From Schmidtea polychroa (taxonomy: Eukaryota): a DNA stretch of 64,000 nt. The stretch's first letter is position 1, and every line of letters begins with the position of its first letter. The DNA lies in the NCBI GenBank assembly GCA_044892525.1, contig CM097885.1:100068001-100132000 (forward strand). Direction: 5' to 3'. The notes beneath the pieces are model-generated. The model had not been told where the DNA came from. It searched no databases and worked only from the letters and a program-made list of their open reading frames with translations. Of this stretch, positions 61,287 through 64,000 are shown in pieces. A program made the translations under genes and the position numbers.

Positions 61287-61349
61287 TCATGGAAATGCGA
61301 GTTTTCCCTTTTTCTTCACTGTCTCTGTTTTTGGGCTCTCATCCTTTTG

Positions 61350-61643
61350 TATCAACTTTTCCCATCCGCCATTGTTTGCGATCCACTTAGTCAAATATTT
61401 ATTCGTCATTTCAGTAGCTTTCTTTATCAATGATTTTTAATTGTCACTTTCCAGACAACCATAAATACCAATCTCCAATATTATATAGGCTAATACTGTC
61501 AATATTACATCTCGATCCAACTCGGTTCGTGTTAGGTCCTCAATTACTGCTTCCTCACAAAATTCCTTTTCTTCATAATTTCTTTTAATTTCTTTTAATC
61601 TCCTCTTTAATTCCGTTGCCAATCTTTTTACAACTCTTTTCTC
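61350..61643 (-). pseudogene. Bcl-2-like domain (one TAA at 61437..61439), same frame as the glycoprotein
   Basis: EKRVVKRLATELKRRLKEIKRNYEE...DRDVILTVLAYIILEI...*KSLIKKATEMTNKYLTKWIANNGGWEKLI: BH2 W-I-x3-GGW motif and Bcl-2 helix spacing. Confidence 0.65.
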
Positions 61644-62110
61644 CCCTCCGAAGTATCATCTTCTGTTTCAGTTTCATCTAACAAGTACAATTCCGTAACT
61701 AAACTTTTTAACATTCGCTCAGTCTTGCTTGATTCATCTAAACGCTCAGTTTTGCTTGATTCATCAAAACTCAACGATTCAATTTCCGCATCATTCTGTT
61801 TTTTCCGACATATCGCAATGTCATTTTTCGTTTCAACGAAGTTCTCTTCACTTTTCATCTCATCTGTGCTCGGTAGTACCCTATTATCAGTGCTCATTTC
61901 CTCGATATCCTTTGTAACTTCATTTTCCGATCCCATTTCCTCATTTTCCATTGTTTCTAATCTCTGCAATTCATTAATTTCTTGATCAATTTCTCCTGGG
62001 TCATCTACAACTTCAGTTTTAATCTCTACATTATCATTATCCGTTTCCTCATACGGAGGCCAAAACGGTACTATTACTGCATCTTTTTCCATTTCATCAC
62101 TTTGTTTTGT

Positions 62111-62771
62111 TGCGTACACATTATTAATACAATTTGGGTTACATCCGTAGTTTAACAAATATTCGTCATCATCCAATTCTCGTCCTTTGAACGTCAACAC
62201 GATAATTCCTTCATTACCTAATATCTCCGCTGCTTTTTGTCGTATTTTCTTTGCTGTTAATATTCAATCCTTTGATCCGCAATATTTAACGCTATTATCA
62301 AAGACTTCGCACTATCGTCTGCCGCCTCATAATCATGTCCTAGTTTTCGGATTACCTCTTTTAACTTTGCCTGATAACTTGTCGGTTTATTCGTATGCAT
62401 TCAAACAACCCTTCTTTCATGTCTCGATCCATTTCGATGCTCATTATGAAGTCGATACTCGCATTAATTTTTTCTCTATTCCCTGCATACAGGGTATCTT
62501 GTAAATCTGCTAGAATCTTTTCCCAATTTTGTCTGTCTGAATTCAAAGTATTAACAGCATTAACCACATTTACTTTATTTTTCCAGCCTGGTATCAGACC
62601 GCAATCTACCAAGTACTCCTCGTCTTCCAGACATCGATTCTCAAATTTTAGTTGCACTTGCCATCCACTGTATTGACGCAGTATTCGCTCCTTAAGCTCC
62701 CTGATTTGTCCGTATGCATTTACACGGAATTGGCACTTCACATTATCAAGCCCCGTCATTTCCACTATGAT
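62111..62771 (-). pseudogene. Two ubiquitin-like domains (62771..62562 and 62307..62111)
   Basis: QIRELKERIL...VQLKFENRCLEDEEYLVDCGL and AKKIRQKAAEILG...VLTFKGRELDDDEYLLNYG vs ubiquitin IENVKAKI...[20 protein letters not shown]. Confidence 0.65.
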
Positions 62772-63269
62772 ATCAGCTAAATCCCTTGTTGACCGTAAAG
62801 CCTTTTTTTGCATTTGCTTAAGTATCTCATCGTCTCTGTTTCCTTTGAATAACTTTGCACATAAATTTATGGCTCTCTTTAGTTCGCTTTGGGTTAGTGA
62901 CATCACACTGAGTTCTGCGATCCATCGTTTCAACTGGGAGTTGTCAGTTTCCATTTTCTCAAGCCATTTTTCAACTCGGGCTAACAGTGCAGTCGGATTC
63001 TCATCTGATGCGATCTTTCGCACTTTCGTGGCAGGTTTTCCCTCACCTTCTGACACGGTTCCAATTATCATATGAGATTCAGTTTCCTCATCTGATTCAA
63101 ATTTAGCCACTAATTTTTTCAGCTTCTGTCGCATTTCTCGAAATTCCTTTTCCATTTTGTCTTGAAATTCCTCTCTCTGAGCATATGTCATATTACTAGT
63201 GTTTGGCATATCTTCTTGGAATCTGATCGATTTCTTTAATATAGGTCTGCTGAATCTCTCGGAGTTCCT

Positions 63270-63685
63270 TGGGCATGATCGCGCCATGTGGCCGTATCCC
63301 TTGCACGAATGACATTGGATCTGTCCATTTGTATTCACTTTGTCCCTTTGTGGTGAAGGTGACGTTGACGATGATCTTGATCTAGTGAAACAGTTTCTGC
63401 TAATATGCCCTTTCTTTCCACATCGATAGCATTCGACATCACTGCTGATCCGTTTGTTTTCTGTGAATCTCTTGTTAGGGCTGGGATTTTTCTCATATTT
63501 GAACCAACATTGATTTGAATAGTGTTTGATTTGAAATCTGCAAATTCAACAGGGTCTCTTCCATATTGATTGACGGGTAATTTCTGGAAACTTGCGAAAT
63601 CAATCATCTCTCTATTGAGAGGCATAACAGCATTATCATTTGCCATTTTGACTTGTTTCTGACTTCTGAGGTTGTATCGGTTCAC
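63270..63685 (-). pseudogene. Gag remnant: short N-terminus joined to zinc knuckles, capsid domain apparently missing
   Basis: CYRCGKKGHISRNC and CHSCKGYGHMARSC (CCHC x2) plus a degenerate C*IC...HYSNQC knuckle, only ~150 nt after the first ATG. Confidence 0.8.
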
Positions 63686-63900
63686 TTTGAGCTAAACTTC
63701 AAACGTTAAACAATAATTTAAAATTACTTTTCAACTTCTTTTAAATCTCCCAATAATAGCCTTTAATAATCTCGTTAGCACTATTTTCACAAATTTTTCA
63801 CTACTTTCAATGATTCTCAGCCGACTTTCGATCACGTCGGTACTATTTTTTTCAATAATTATTTTTCCACTAACTTTCAGTAATTTTCCACCGACTTGCA

Positions 63901-63918
63901 ATCACGTCGGGCTAACCA
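63901..63918 (-). other. Primer-binding site, tRNA-Trp
   Basis: TGGTTAGCCCGACGTGAT vs the recalled vertebrate tRNA-Trp PBS TGGTGACCCCGACGTGAT (15/18); 7 nt from the LTR end. Confidence 0.85.
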
Positions 63919-63925
63919 AAATATA

Positions 63926-64000
63926 TGTTGGGTTTTGGATTACTTTAAGTCGGCTCTCTCTGACTCCTAGTGTTCTTTAAATCAAAACAATGAACGACCC
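63926..64000 (-). repeat. 3' end of the 5' LTR of the large Gypsy
   Basis: Ends ...AAAACCCAACA; ~91% identical to the end of solo LTR 17638..18698. Confidence 0.9.

Larger units (their letters stand above)
47416..64000 (-). mobile_element. Large decayed Gypsy/Metaviridae LTR retrotransposon with env-like and host-like extra domains; extends beyond the window
   Basis: 5' LTR end at 63926, tRNA-Trp PBS, PR-RT-RH-IN order, PPT, 3' LTR from 48205; ~15.7 kb between the LTRs including two nested DNA transposons. Confidence 0.93.

Overview
AT-rich eukaryotic (animal) genomic DNA with 42-51 nt minimal introns and two N gaps. The transposon fauna fits a triclad flatworm, which is inference only. Two host genes are present: an 8-exon TEAD/scalloped gene (+, 4830..38745, reconstructed 451 aa) and a 3-exon eIF3m gene (-, 44041..42797, 381 aa). 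Nearly everything else is transposon-derived: a Penelope fragment with a minimal hammerhead ribozyme and a twin-priming-like inversion; an 8.4 kb NeSL/R5-type RLE retrotransposon in the last TEAD intron, flanked by an identical 212-bp duplication and carrying a catalytically altered Ulp1 domain; and decayed Gypsy, MULE, mariner and hAT copies plus MITEs. The standout is a large decayed Gypsy element (-, 47416..>64000). Read through its lesions, its coding region runs: zinc knuckles - two ubiquitin-like domains - Bcl-2-like domain - signal peptide + chuvirus/gB-type fusion glycoprotein fused in frame to protease - RT - RNase H - integrase - signal peptide + FN3-repeat membrane protein ending in PPxY and PDZ-binding motifs. 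All domain calls are by-eye motif recognition; no searches were run.
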